64,000 bases of DNA from an uncultured bacterium. GTDB lineage: Bacteria > Chloroflexota > UBA5177 > JANWHV01. Both the position numbers and the translations under genes were made by a program. The notes below the pieces were generated by a model, which saw nothing but the letters and a program-made list of their open reading frames with translations, was not told the DNA's origin and ran no database searches. Where the stretch lies: contig CAWHAE010000018.1 of assembly GCA_963827235.1 (NCBI GenBank), positions 424,078-488,077 of the forward strand. Direction: 5' to 3'. Below are positions 28,983 to 37,953 of the stretch, in pieces. The first letter of the stretch is position 1. Each line of letters opens with the position of its first letter.

Positions 28983-29852
28983 TCAGGTCCTGGACGACGT
29001 CTTGAGGCCGTGCCGTACCGCCACACCTCGGAGGAAGCGCAGGCCCTCCCGCACGAGCTCATCGCCGCTTGGCGCAAGATCGCGCCACACCGGCGTGCCG
29101 GTGCGCATGTCGTCCGAGATGTCGATGAAGCTCTCCATGCCCGCGTAACCGTCGTACTGCATCTCGCCGAGCGTGGCGAACAGAGTATCCCAGTCGACCA
29201 GCCCAGTCCCGGGAATACCGCGATCGTTCTCGCACAGGTGAATATGGCACAGACGTGCGCCGGCCTGCCGGAACGGCTCATCCCACCGTTTCTCTTCGAT
29301 GTTCATGTGATAGGTATCCAGGTGAATACCGACGTTGGGCCGATCAATCATGTCGCACACCGTAACCGCCTGGGCCGCGGTGTTGACCAGAAACGTCTCG
29401 TAGCGATTGACCGGTTCTACGGCAATACTCACACCAAGGCCCGCCGCATGGTCGGCTACCTGGCGGAGACCCTCGGCCGCCCATGACCAGTGGCGCTCCG
29501 CCGGCCTGAATGGCGGCCGGCGTCCGTGTTCCGAGTAGATCACGCCCGAAAGCTGCCGTGCGCCCATGCCGGCGGTCGCATCCACGCAGCGAATGAGGAG
29601 CTCCTTGCCTGCAGCCCGAATGGCAGGATCTTCCGCGGCCAGGTCGGTCGTCGCGCTCAACACCGTGCTGGTGACCACGTCAAAGCCCAATCCGGATACA
29701 CGCTTGTGTATGGCTTGCGCGTCGATATCGCCAAGGCCCATGAGCGGGATCTCGATGAAGTCGAGCCCCAGGCTCTGCGCTCGATCGATCAGGCCAAGGT
29801 TGTCGTTTGTCCAGTGGTTCGTCCAGGCCATGGCATGGATACCAAGCTTCAT
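28983..29852 (-). CDS. Ketose 3-epimerase family (D-allulose/D-tagatose/L-ribulose 3-epimerase-like)
   Basis: EPVNRYE, HLDTYHMNIEE, HIHLCENDRG.PG.G and MESF give the E/D/H/E metal and catalytic set. Confidence 0.85.
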   Translation of the reverse strand: MKLGIHAMAWTNHWTNDNLGLIDRAQSLGLDFIEIPLMGLGDIDAQAIHKRVSGLGFDVVTSTVLSATTDLAAEDPAIRAAGKELLIRCVDATAGMGARQLSGVIYSEHGRRPPFRPAERHWSWAAEGLRQVADHAAGLGVSIAVEPVNRYETFLVNTAAQAVTVCDMIDRPNVGIHLDTYHMNIEEKRWDEPFRQAGARLCHIHLCENDRGIPGTGLVDWDTLFATLGEMQYDGYAGMESFIDISDDMRTGTPVWRDLAPSGDELVREGLRFLRGVAVRHGLKTSSRT

Positions 29853-30274
29853 CGTCCGTGCCCTTTCATCACCAATCTGTGGCTGCCTGCCGATCGCCCT
29901 CGTCGACAGCCTGCGTGCGCCGCGCCACCGCCTGCGTTCACCAGCGCGATCCCTGGCGGCCCTGATGCACCCTATCCTGTTAGCTTGTAACTACGAGTGG
30001 CCCTGCGACATCCGCCCCACACTACCACCCGGCGTGGAGGCTGTCAACGAGCGGGCACGCGGAGACATCTTCTCGCGATCGGAGCCAATGGCGCGCTCGT
30101 TTGCTGATGCCCGGCGTTCCACTCTGTTCGGTTGGGCGGGCCGCCCCGGAGGGCCACGTGGCGGCATGGTCGGGTACGGTGCGCTCCGGGAACTGCCGGC
30201 GCGCGCCTCTACGCTTCTCGGCAGCAGATGGTGCGTCATCTCAGCACAGGCAGGTAGGATCTATACTTGGAACT

Positions 30275-32038
30275 ATGCCGTATGACTCCATCGTGACGCG
30301 GGCGGTTGCCGAGGACCTGCATCTCCATCTCCTTGGCGGCAGGGTCGACAAGATCGTCCAGCCCGACGAGTTGTCTGTTGCCTTCTTGCTCCGTGCCGAG
30401 CATGCGAATCAGTGGTTGCTCATGTCCGCGCACGCCCAGCGGGCGACCGTGCGCAGAACGCTGGCCCGGCAGTCGACTGGGTTCACGGAGCCGTCGCCAT
30501 TCGTCATGCTGCTGCGGAAACACTTGGAGAGCGCGCGGCTGGCCGCCGTTTCCCAGATCGGCGTCGACCGGGTGCTCCGGCTGGGATTCGCGCGCGGCGC
30601 GGATGAGATGGTGCTGCTGGCCGAGGTGATCGGCCGCTACAGCAACGTCATCCTCGCTACCGCCGATCTGGTCGTGCTCGGCGCCCTGAAACTGGTGCGG
30701 GCCGACGAGAACCGGGTGCGCGTCGTCGTGCCGAGGAGACCCTATGCGCCGCCGCCCGCGCCGATGCAGGCACCTCCCTTCGACAACCGCCCCAAGCTGG
30801 ATCCCCTGCACTGCCTGGCTGGAGATCTCGCCGTCGCACTGAGTCGGGCCGAGCCCTCGGCTCAGCTCTGGACGTCGCTGCTGGGCATCGTCGACGGCCT
30901 CAGCCCGACGGCCGCGCGGGAGACGGCGTTTCGGGCGCTCGGCTCGATCGAGGTGACCGCGGGGCAGGCGCTCGGCCTCGCCTCAGCCGCGGCGCTGCTC
31001 GACGTGATTCGACTGCTCTATTCGTCTTCCCGAGGACTGCCCAGCGCGGTGCGGCGCGGCGAGAAGCTCGTCGACTATGCGGCGTTCCCGCTGCTGCAGC
31101 ACGGCATCGAGCCGCCCAGCTATGCCGATATTGCCGCCTTGCTGGACGAGGTCCAGGTTGCACCGGCCGGCGGGGACGCCATGGCGGCACGGCGAGATCC
31201 CGTCGTGGCGGCGATCGATACCCTGCGCAAGAATGCCCGGCGCAAGATTGCCTCCTTGCAGGGATCGCTCGTCGACGAGGCGGCCCTGGCGACGATGCGG
31301 GCGCGCGGAGAGATGGTGCTCGCCTACCAGCACTCGATCCAGCCCGGGTCGAAGGAGCTCGTGATCGCTGAGCCCGCGATGAGCATCTCGCTCGATCCCC
31401 AGCTCACCCCGGTAGAGAATGCCCAGCGGCTGTTCAAGCTGTATGGCAAGGCGCGCGATGCGGCCCGAGTCGTTCCCGCGTTGCTGGAAACCGCGCGCCA
31501 GGAGCTCGACTATCTGGATCAGCTCGCCGTTCACGCCGCGCTGGCCGAAGACTCTCAGTCCCTTGCCGCCGTGCGCGAAGACCTGCGCGATCAGACCGTC
31601 ACGCCTGAAGAGGCCGCGCAGCGCGCCAGAAAGGAGGCCCAGCGTGCCAAGCGGGGCAAGGCGCAGAAGGGAAAGCCGGGCATCAGTCCGCTGCGCGTAC
31701 GAGCCGCGGACGGCAGCGAGATTCTAATCGGCCGCAGTGCCAAGCAGAACGACGCCGTCACCTTCAGCATGGCCGGCGCCCAGGACATCTGGCTGCACGC
31801 GCGCCGTATCCCCGGCGCGCACGTCATACTGCGCGTGGCAGGCCACGCGCCGAGCCCGGCCACCTTGCTGCAGGCTGCCACGCTCGCTGCCACGCACAGC
31901 CAGGCGCGCGGCTCCACCACGGTGCCGGTCGACTATACGCTGGTGCGCAACGTACGGCGCATCAAAGGCGCCAAACCGGGCCTGGTGTACTATTCCGGCG
32001 AGACCACGCTCAGCGTGCGGCCGGGCGCGGCGGACTGA
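30275..32038 (+). CDS. rqcH: Ribosome quality-control factor RqcH (NFACT/FbpA family)
   Basis: MPYDSI..., GGRVDKIVQP, PSPFVMLLRKHL, DRVL, EVIGRYSNVIL, ENAQRLFKLY, IGRSAKQND, WLHAR.IPGAHV, VDYT, KPGLVYY. Confidence 0.92.
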   Translation: MPYDSIVTRAVAEDLHLHLLGGRVDKIVQPDELSVAFLLRAEHANQWLLMSAHAQRATVRRTLARQSTGFTEPSPFVMLLRKHLESARLAAVSQIGVDRVLRLGFARGADEMVLLAEVIGRYSNVILATADLVVLGALKLVRADENRVRVVVPRRPYAPPPAPMQAPPFDNRPKLDPLHCLAGDLAVALSRAEPSAQLWTSLLGIVDGLSPTAARETAFRALGSIEVTAGQALGLASAAALLDVIRLLYSSSRGLPSAVRRGEKLVDYAAFPLLQHGIEPPSYADIAALLDEVQVAPAGGDAMAARRDPVVAAIDTLRKNARRKIASLQGSLVDEAALATMRARGEMVLAYQHSIQPGSKELVIAEPAMSISLDPQLTPVENAQRLFKLYGKARDAARVVPALLETARQELDYLDQLAVHAALAEDSQSLAAVREDLRDQTVTPEEAAQRARKEAQRAKRGKAQKGKPGISPLRVRAADGSEILIGRSAKQNDAVTFSMAGAQDIWLHARRIPGAHVILRVAGHAPSPATLLQAATLAATHSQARGSTTVPVDYTLVRNVRRIKGAKPGLVYYSGETTLSVRPGAAD

Positions 32039-32606
32039 GGCGGGGAGGCTCGGACGCGTCCCACGCCGTCATCGCCGCGATCCACTCGCGCAGTGCTACT
32101 TCCCTTGCCGGCTCGTCGCGGAAGAAGGCGAGCAGCCACTCGCGCGTGCTCGCCGTGCCGTGGGTATTCGGGTCGAGGACGGCAGAGAAGTACTTGGCCA
32201 GCTTCCTGGAGTTCTCGCTGTGCCCGCGCACGAGCGAGTCCAGGAAGGCGGCGAACTTGTCGCGATGCTCGGCACTGGAATACGGTCGCTTGAAATAGTT
32301 GCTCGCGGTGTGTTCGACCCGCATGTCGAGCCGATCGCCGATCCACTCGCCCAGCGGCGTGGCCGGCGGCTTCTCTATGCGCTCGCGGCGAATAGCATCG
32401 ACGCTCGTGTCTTCGAGCGGATCGAGGACCAGCTCACTCTGCTCGACGTCCAGCGTTTGATGCACCTTGCGGCGGAACGTGCGGTTGGTCTGCTCCTTGT
32501 CGGGGGCTGCATGCTGTGAAGGCCTCGTGGGTTTCCCCGTGCGTATCACGTGGTCCCGAGTGTACGAGAGTGCCTTCTTCTCATGGGGCGCTTTGCGCTC
32601 GGCCAT
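32010..32606 (-). CDS. Hypothetical protein (198 aa), convergent with rqcH and overlapping its end
   Basis: GGGGAGG RBS before ATG; G/C-ending codons; no recognisable motif. Confidence 0.65.
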   Translation of the reverse strand: MAERKAPHEKKALSYTRDHVIRTGKPTRPSQHAAPDKEQTNRTFRRKVHQTLDVEQSELVLDPLEDTSVDAIRRERIEKPPATPLGEWIGDRLDMRVEHTASNYFKRPYSSAEHRDKFAAFLDSLVRGHSENSRKLAKYFSAVLDPNTHGTASTREWLLAFFRDEPAREVALREWIAAMTAWDASEPPRLSPPRPAAR

Positions 32607-32751
32607 TGGTGCCTCCCCACTGCCAGCTCATTCGTGGAATCACCCGGCGACGACCGGGAAAGCCGTCGCTCTCTTCCCATGATCCCTCGTTTTGGACATC
32701 CTGGCGAGGCGATTATCCGGCGGCAGCCTCATGCCGCGGGACGCAAACGGG

Positions 32752-33231
32752 TCAGCCTCCTCCCACACCCTCGCCGTCCGAGAGCGCCCACTCACCGGAC
32801 GGATACTCCAGATTCCTGGCGCCCACCGCTGGCAGGAAGACAAAGTGCCTCGAAACCAGGAAGTTCACCGAAAACGCCGCCACGATGCCCGCCGCGTCTG
32901 CCGGCAGGTAGTGCATGCCGAGTCGCAGGAGCCAGGAAAACACGGCCACGTTCACCAGTAGACCGGCGAGCGAGCTCACCTGTGCTTTAGCGGCGCGCAC
33001 CGGCCAGTCCCAGCCGCGAACGTGCTTCTGCTCGCCGTATGTGAACCTCTGATTGGTATAGAAGTTGATCAGAGCGCTGCACACGAATGCAAGCACCCAG
33101 GCCGGCTTCATCGGGATGCTCAGCAACGAGTAGTAGAGCCACAGGAATCCCACATTGATCGGGATGCCGGCACCGCCTACAAGAGCAAAGCGGATGGCGC
33201 GCACTGCGAGCAGTCTCCGCGCCATGCCCAT
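32752..33231 (-). CDS. GtrA family membrane protein
   Basis: IRFALVGG....N, NFYTNQRFTY, NFLVSRHFVF; four TMs; start uncertain. Confidence 0.85.
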   Translation of the reverse strand: MGMARRLLAVRAIRFALVGGAGIPINVGFLWLYYSLLSIPMKPAWVLAFVCSALINFYTNQRFTYGEQKHVRGWDWPVRAAKAQVSSLAGLLVNVAVFSWLLRLGMHYLPADAAGIVAAFSVNFLVSRHFVFLPAVGARNLEYPSGEWALSDGEGVGGG

Positions 33232-33559
33232 CCATTCCGAGTCGTGCCAGCCCACCAACCCCTCCCCTGCCACAGCGGGTCCGTCATGGGCGCACCGTAT
33301 CATGGGAAACGGGCCGGGCACAATCACCGGATCGTACTGCGGGGCGGAGCCCGCGACTCCTCTGAATCGCTCACCGGTACCCGCGCATCACGCTTCGAGC
33401 ACGCCGCCGCCCAGATACTCAAGAACGCTGCCGGCATACTCGGCCTGCGCATCCTGGGGTACAGCAGCCTGGACCGGGGCAAACAGCTGGGTACCAGCGC
33501 CTCGGCCAGTGGACACCGGCCGCCCAATCACACGTGCCGGCTGCGCCCAGCGTTGGCGA

Positions 33560-34907
33560 TCAGGGAGGGCAGCTTGTGCAAGGCGCCGCGATCGGGAACC
33601 GGCCGCCCAAGAGCAGCCGCCAGCTCCGTCCAGCGTCGGTGCCCCGGTAGAGCAGGTTGTGCAGCACACCCCGGCTGCCGTGCGCCAGCAGGTAGATCGG
33701 ATCGCCCGCCTTCATGCCCGCCTGCACGTCGATAAGGCTACCGATGGGCACGGGCAGGTGGTCGCTGGCCGCGATACGCGTGGTAGCCGGGCCACCGCCC
33801 TGGAAGCGGTAGATCCCGCTCGGCAGGAACGCGTAGGAGGCACCCGCCCCGAACACGTTGTCCACCTTGAAGGCGGGGCAGGTGCCGTGGTAGTCGCCCG
33901 GGCAGAGCGCGGCCCGCCAGGTGCGCCCCTCGTCGGCAGACAGGTACACGCGGTCCTTGGGCACACCCGGGCCGTAGCCGAAGCCGACGAGCAGCCTACC
34001 CTCGTGCCGGTCGGTGCCCACCGAAAAGCCCACCAGCGAGGGGGTGACGCTGGGCGTGGTTACTCTGGTCCAGGTGTTCCCGCCGTCGTCGCTGCGGGCC
34101 GCGAAGCCCGGGTGAGAGACCACGGCCGGCGGACCCTCATAAGTAGTAGGTCACGTTGAAGTACACCGTGTTCAAGCGCGTGGCATCGGCAACGACCGTG
34201 CCGAAGTCGGCGAAGTGCGAAGGATCGTGAGCCAGCTGGACCGGGTCGGTTCCGGCGAAGAACGTCTTTCCGTTGTCGCTCGACCGCACGAGACCGCAAC
34301 CGCCTGGGAACCCGAACATAGCATATACCCGAGCCACCGAGACCGGGCTGATGACAAAGCTCACAAAGCCGCCGTGATAGCCGGCGGGCGGGCTGGCACA
34401 GTGAAAGTAGTTGCCCGGTCCTTGCCAGTTCCGATCGTGCGAGGTGGCCGCACCCCAAGATAGCCCGCCATCGTTCGACCACATCAACGCCTCGCCCGAG
34501 TGAGCGTTGCCGTCTCCTGTCTCACGTTCGAGATAGACATGTCTGCTATCGGCCGCGACGGTCGCAGCGTGGAGGATCACGGTCAGCCCTCCATAGACAA
34601 CGCCCTCGACCGCCGCGCTTACGTCCCTCCAGTGCGCACCGCCATCTGTGGACCGCATAAGCCACGGCGGGCAGGCCAGCAGGCCGCCGAAGCTGGCGGA
34701 GCAGGTGCCGAACACGCCCTCCAAGAAAAGGGTTCGCGGCTGCAATGGGTCGACGCGCAGCCAGACCAGGTGCACAGGCAGCGGAGCGGCCTTGCTAGCC
34801 GTCGGGCCAGCAGAACTGAGTAGTGCACCGATCACAGCCAGAGCGGAAACGATAGCGCGGACGTGCGGCGAGACGCGACGTTCAGCTCGCGCGTGACGAG
34901 CGGCCAT
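33560..34907 (-). CDS. Secreted BNR/Asp-box repeat beta-propeller, frameshifted near 34140
   Basis: AAGGAGG RBS and ATG 34907; signal peptide; RSTDGGAHW, SNDGGLSW, RSSDNGKTF, RSDDGGNTW, SADEGRTW, TDAGRSW. Removing one T gives TYYYEGPPAVVSHPG. Confidence 0.75.
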
Positions 34908-35092
34908 GGTGACCTCCTTCAACCATCCAGGACCATCGGCAAGCCCCGCATATTACAGTATCTCGGCATAACCGCGGCTGATTCTCGCTGCGTGCTGGGC
35001 ACGTTGGATCGAGCACGGGCGGGGGCCACGAATGCAGCCCCTTCAACGACGGCGAGCCGGCCTAGCAGATCCTGCGTGACGAGCTCTTGCAT

Positions 35093-35487
35093 TCCCTTAT
35101 CGACCGACCACATCAACCCGCGCCCCGAGCCGGCGTTGCCGGCCAAGCTCGTGCGTAGCAGGTAGACATGCCGGCCGCCGGGCGCGACAACGAGGGGGGC
35201 AAGGTGTATCCCTTCGCCCATCTCGACGTACCCTTCCGCGGCGCCGCTCACGTCCTCCCAATGGGCGCCGCCGTCGGCCGACCGTATGAGCCAGGGTATT
35301 ATGCACACCGACGGGTAGGGCCCGGTGGGGGGCAGTGCAGGAACGTGCCCTCGAGAAGGATCGTCTGCGGGTTTCGGGGGTCAACGCGCAGCCACATCAG
35401 CTGCACAGAGCTGGGCGCGAACTTGGCGGCATCCACCGGCTCGAACAGTCCGAACGATGCGATGAGCAGAAGCAGCGTTGCCAGCAC
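35093..35487 (-). pseudogene. Truncated paralogue of the downstream BNR protein
   Basis: VQLMWLRVDPRNPQTILLEG / PWLIRSADGGAHWEDVS / RHVYL / GNAGSGRGLMWSVDKG align with the N-terminus of 34907-33560. Frameshift in the G6 run 35327-35332; similarity stops at about 35093. Confidence 0.75.
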
Positions 35488-35606
35488 GCGGATCGTGCCT
35501 CACGCTATCTGCGCTGATCTTGCACTGGCTTGATCCGTGGTATCGATCGGGTCTCCAACACCCCTGACCGGCCGGCACGAGATCAAGCGCGCGGAAGTCA
35601 GCCCTG

Positions 35607-36773
35607 CTACGTTGGGCTCGCGGCAGGCGATCTGCGAAGCGGCCCGGGCCTAGCAGTCCCCGCGTTGCGGGCCGCCGCGACGGCAGCGGTCACGCGCAGC
35701 GGAATCGAGATCGTTGACTGCATCCGACCGACGAAGGCGTCGCCGCACGGCCAGCCGTCGGCGCACGGCCAGAGTAGTCGAAATGAAAAGTAATCGGTCC
35801 CGGGACGCATCCGCGGTGGGACCGGAAACTCCATGGCAAACGTCCGGGTTCCGCCTGGAGTCACTGATCGAAGGCTGGTGCAGTTGAGCACGTAGTCACG
35901 GTACCAGGTGCGTTCTGTATGATCAGACGGCGTCAGCGCTTCCACATAGGCGGGGCATGTGGCTGGGAACGTCAGCGGCACAGCGGAGATGTTGGTCAGC
36001 TCCGCCCTGAAGTGGATCGTCTCGCCCTGCACGGCGGTCGGCGGAAGGGCTACAAGCCGCACCCGGTACGCAGGTGCTTCGGGTGTCGGCGGCGGCATCG
36101 GCACGATCGGCTGAAATGCACCGATCTGCAGCCTGCCCTGGCAAAGCTGTACCGGGATGGGTGCGTGAAACGTGAGTAGCGCACCATTCGAGGGCAATGT
36201 GAAGCGCAAGATGGCTGAGGATTGAGACGGATATGGGCAAGAGTCTCGATTGGAATCCCAGCCAAGAAGTAGCGCGGCCTGACCGGCTTGCAAGCCCGCA
36301 TAATCCGTCACGAGGTGCCGAAGACCATGATGGGGCAGGAGCGTAACGGGTTGCACCTCACGCGCCGTTGGCTGTCGATAGGCCTTCGCAGCAATCTGTT
36401 GGCCCGACGACATGACGAGATGCAGACCAGGCTGGCCGGTGAGGGTACACACCGTTGTCGAGTGGTTTCCAAAGTACAGGTAGGCACTCAGCTGGCCTCC
36501 TGTGGCCGCGAAGATACGTGACACGGCGACGTCGAGCACTGCTGCCTCGCACGGATATGCTCCCTTCGGCACCGGAATAGGCGTTGCCGTCTCGTCCGAC
36601 GTAGGCGTTACGTCGAGCCACGGCACGATCTTCGGCGTCTCGGACGGGACCACCGCCGCATGCAACACGCTGCGGTCGCTGGCCTGTCCGCTGAGCCACG
36701 CCCACACGAGCAGTCCAATTACGGCGAAGAGGGCAGCGCCTCCCCACAGTCTCGAAACCATCGAACGCACCAT
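35607..36773 (-). CDS. Exported DUF4232-like protein with second Ig-like domain
   Basis: N-terminal TM; C..A.L.V....AATGG......F.N.S...CTLTG.P pattern; second domain with CP.Y.E.L....Y.LNC....V.PG....FAM. Confidence 0.7.
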   Translation of the reverse strand: MVRSMVSRLWGGAALFAVIGLLVWAWLSGQASDRSVLHAAVVPSETPKIVPWLDVTPTSDETATPIPVPKGAYPCEAAVLDVAVSRIFAATGGQLSAYLYFGNHSTTVCTLTGQPGLHLVMSSGQQIAAKAYRQPTAREVQPVTLLPHHGLRHLVTDYAGLQAGQAALLLGWDSNRDSCPYPSQSSAILRFTLPSNGALLTFHAPIPVQLCQGRLQIGAFQPIVPMPPPTPEAPAYRVRLVALPPTAVQGETIHFRAELTNISAVPLTFPATCPAYVEALTPSDHTERTWYRDYVLNCTSLRSVTPGGTRTFAMEFPVPPRMRPGTDYFSFRLLWPCADGWPCGDAFVGRMQSTISIPLRVTAAVAAARNAGTARPGPLRRSPAASPT

Positions 36774-36817
36774 AGGGCAGCGCCTCCCCACAGTCTCGAA
36801 ACCATCGAACGTACCAT
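36730..36817. repeat. Tandem duplication, 2 x 44 bp with one mismatch
   Basis: agggcagcgcctccccacagtctcgaaaccatcgaacg(c/t)accat at 36730-36773 and 36774-36817. Confidence 0.97.
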
Positions 36818-37516
36818 CCGGCGAAAATCGCCGCTATCGGGCCGTGACGAGCAGTAGAACGACAACATACGCGAACGATTTCCTGTCCGGTTGAAAGGTG
36901 GATGATTCCCGGAAGAGGACACTGCAACGTCGTGATCGGTGCTGGCCATGGGCTCTCTTACCAGTGAACGGCAATACTCTGGCAAGAATTGACCAGGTAC
37001 CGCCGGGTCTGGCTTGCGATTGCCGCCCGCGGCAAGCTCTCTTCCGCCCATCACAACCTCCGCCTATAGCTCAGAACGATTGGTCGCTGCCGCATGCCAA
37101 AGCGAGATAACTCCTCACCAGTGTCTTGTCCCACCAACCCTGAGGTGGTCCGGGCCGCCCGGCCGCCACCACTATCGCTCGCCCACCCCATGTCTCGGCC
37201 CGGTCCTATCCTGCCCAAGCGTCCCCAGCGACACAGCCATGCGCCCGTCGCGCCGGCGCCATCGGCTCAGCAGCTTCGCTACAGAACATTCAGGCGCTGT
37301 TGCCACCCCGGCAACGGCTGGATCGGAAATCGACCGCTCAAGAGCAGCCGCCGGCTCCACTCATCGCTGGACTACAACCACATATTTGCAGCGCCTATTA
37401 TGCTCTCCATTTACAGAGGTCAACGCAACCCGATGCCCGCGCATTACACTCCAGTCGCCCAGTTGTGCACGCCTATCAAGAAGCGCCACCTGGCGCCATG
37501 CTACCACCCGATTCTC

Positions 37517-37825
37517 GTGAGTGGCACCACCTGGACCATCAATGGCTCGGGCCATGTGGACGGGTCTGACCCCGATACCACGGCCTTCGTGTCGCAGCCC
37601 ATCACCGGTGACGTCGTGCTGAGCACGCGGCTGATCAGCCAGACCGTGGTGGACAACTACGCCGAGTCGGGCTTGATGGTCCGTGCCAGCAGCGACCCGA
37701 GCGCGCCTATCTACTTCGTGATGCGCATGGCCGGCAGCGGCATGCTCGCCGTCGGTGCGCGTGCCAGCCAGCGTGCCGGTCTGAGCTTCCTGGCCTGGAC
37801 CGACCCGCAGACGCTGCCGGTCTCG
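37517..37825 (+). pseudogene. Orphan fragment of a ConA/LamG-like (DUF1349-like) beta-sandwich module
   Basis: GTTWTINGSG....D...FVSQPITGD....RL.SQ....YAESGLMVRASSDPSAP with coding-like codon bias; flanks do not look coding; no RBS or signal peptide. Confidence 0.55.
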
Positions 37826-37953
37826 TCGACGCCATCGCTTATTCCGGACTTGAGTGCAGCACACCCCCAACGGCATAGTTGTGCCGCACGCCGCGACGGC
37901 GGCAGACTCATCCATACGCGGTCTGCGACAGGCAAGCCTGGTCCGGCTGCTGC

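Noticed and set aside
36730-36817. CRISPR-like repeat (contains GTCTCGAAAC)
   Set aside because: Only two directly adjacent copies, no spacer, no cas genes, and the unit encodes a protein N-terminus.
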